Below, piece after piece: positions 62,408 through 64,000 of a DNA stretch of 64,000 nt. Source of the DNA: Phoronis australis (lineage: Eukaryota; Animalia; Phoronida); NCBI GenBank assembly GCA_002633005.1, contig NMRA01000030.1, positions 1,023,106 through 1,087,105 on the forward strand, read 5' to 3'. Every line of letters begins with the position of its first letter. Positions within the stretch are counted from its first letter, which is position 1. A model generated the notes under the pieces. It was not told where the DNA came from, searched no databases, and saw only the letters and a program-made list of their open reading frames with translations. The translations under genes and the position numbers were made by a program.

Positions 62408-64000
62408 GTAACTTATGACAGCATAGTCGATATTTTCTTTAGTTTAATTTGCGATACCTCCAATAAATGACTGGAGTACTGGCTGTGAAAAACAGACTTT
62501 TCTTAGTTCGTTACCTGACAAGAATTAGTCTTACATGCAGTAAGACAAGTGTAAGTGAATGTGTTTCCATTTAAAATACCAGTTACGATACCAAGATGGA
62601 CTTTAACTCTGTACAGACCTCACATCATCAAGTCCCTATAATCAGCATCAAATTTACCGGTGACCGTCACACTTTACTGTAGTTCATCTTACCAAGTTTG
62701 CCCCTTTTTGAATGAAACATTTATTAATTCAACAAACCAGTACATAGTTGTATAGCAATGTCAAATCGAGTCAAGTACATCAAATAAATTACGAGCAATA
62801 TCGAACCCTATAAGAGCTAGTTAGGCAAAAATTAAGACCACCATGCTTGGAATCTCTCAGGATCCAATTTATAATTGTAAATAATTTTTCCAGGTTGTGG
62901 TGATCACATACCTCACGTAAAAATGAATGAAAATTGGGCTTAGCCTTTTGCAATCTTTGCCCATATAAGTGAAATTTCGCTAAGCAAAGAATTTAATTTA
63001 CAACTTCTAGTCTACAGGCTGGATCTCCAAACAACGCGGTAGACATATTTAACTGCAGAGGGAAATCACACTGATTTATCATGCATGTTTTTAAACATCC
63101 CCAAAACTTCTGAACAATTGAACATCCCCAATACAAATGTAAAATTGTTTCTTCGTGTTGCACTCAGAAAGAACATAAAGACGATTCACTAACACCTATT
63201 TTCTTTAAATAAGAGTTTGTACCAATAAGTCTGTGGTTGATACGGAATTGAAACCATCTGAGTCTGACATCGGAAATACAATGATAAATTACAGAATGAA
63301 TTTTTTTCCAAGACGAATCCCGAGTTTAAATACTTTTGCATATCACGAATCTCGATATAATAACACACTGGTACAAACACGTTGTATAACCCATCCTATG
63401 TGCCCCACTGAGGATTCTTTAAAGAAGCGGGTTTACACAGATTGCTCCGCTAGCTTGTTTTGGTGTCGCTTGTCATCTTTTTTCAATGGTGATCGCAGAT
63501 CGCGTGACACGTGAGCATACAGTACACTACAATTGGTAGAAACATGATTACATCACTTTGGGTTCAGCTCCGTGCGCAATATTTTCACATACCAACACTA
63601 TGATATGAGTTCTGAAAACTAAACAAAAAGTGAAATAAAAATATCGTTGACCATGTTCTTAATATACCGTCAAATTTTGCACCTTGTCAGAATAAATATT
63701 GATTAAGTAATTAGTAAGAATAGAATCCATTTTAAGTTGCCCAAAATTTTTGCATATGTACTTTTAAATCATGGGGTCAGACTTGTTGACATGTATTTTA
63801 ACGTCAAAATCTATTTTTAGATGGTGTTTACAACTTTGGGTTCTGGGGTCAAAGTACTCTAGAGAGTCTAGAATATTCTGAGAACAAATTGTAACAGCCA
63901 ATAGTACGAGTGGATATGATCATGTGGTTTTTATTAGCCAATCACTAAATAAGTAAAATGTTATATTATGGGCTGAAATCAGCAAGATAATCAGATGCGC

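Noticed and set aside
62894-63900. Candidate next exons of gene 2 (acceptors at 62893 and 63820)
   Set aside because: Frames close quickly without the TSR Trp/Cys pattern or a hydrophobic tail.

Overview
Eukaryotic, repeat-rich animal DNA (AT-rich, spliceosomal GT-AG introns, transposon set typical of a marine invertebrate). No prokaryotic features or CRISPR were seen. The + strand carries 11 symmetric (phase 1-1) exons, each encoding one thrombospondin type-1 repeat (TSR). They are best read as two tandem paralogous genes. Gene 1 (5' end upstream of the window) has six TSR exons (2826-15708) plus a terminal exon with a GPI-anchor-like signal (17168-17280). Gene 2 has a probable signal-peptide exon (22412-22466), a ~20.5 kb first intron and five TSR exons (43005-62407); its first TSR type is triplicated and the gene continues beyond the window. 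Introns and intergenic DNA hold mostly dead transposons: Gypsy pol, several LINEs, two inverted AcademX copies (3-bp TSDs), an AcademH-like element (10-bp TSD, RecQ-like motif), a Kolobok-like element hosting nested insertions, three hAT-like MITEs with 5-bp TSDs, a Harbinger-like element, an inverted Penelope pair with hammerhead-like motifs and a solo LTR, and two Helitron fragments. An assembly gap spans 35420-36274. Gene models and family assignments were made by eye and need RNA-seq and HMM confirmation.
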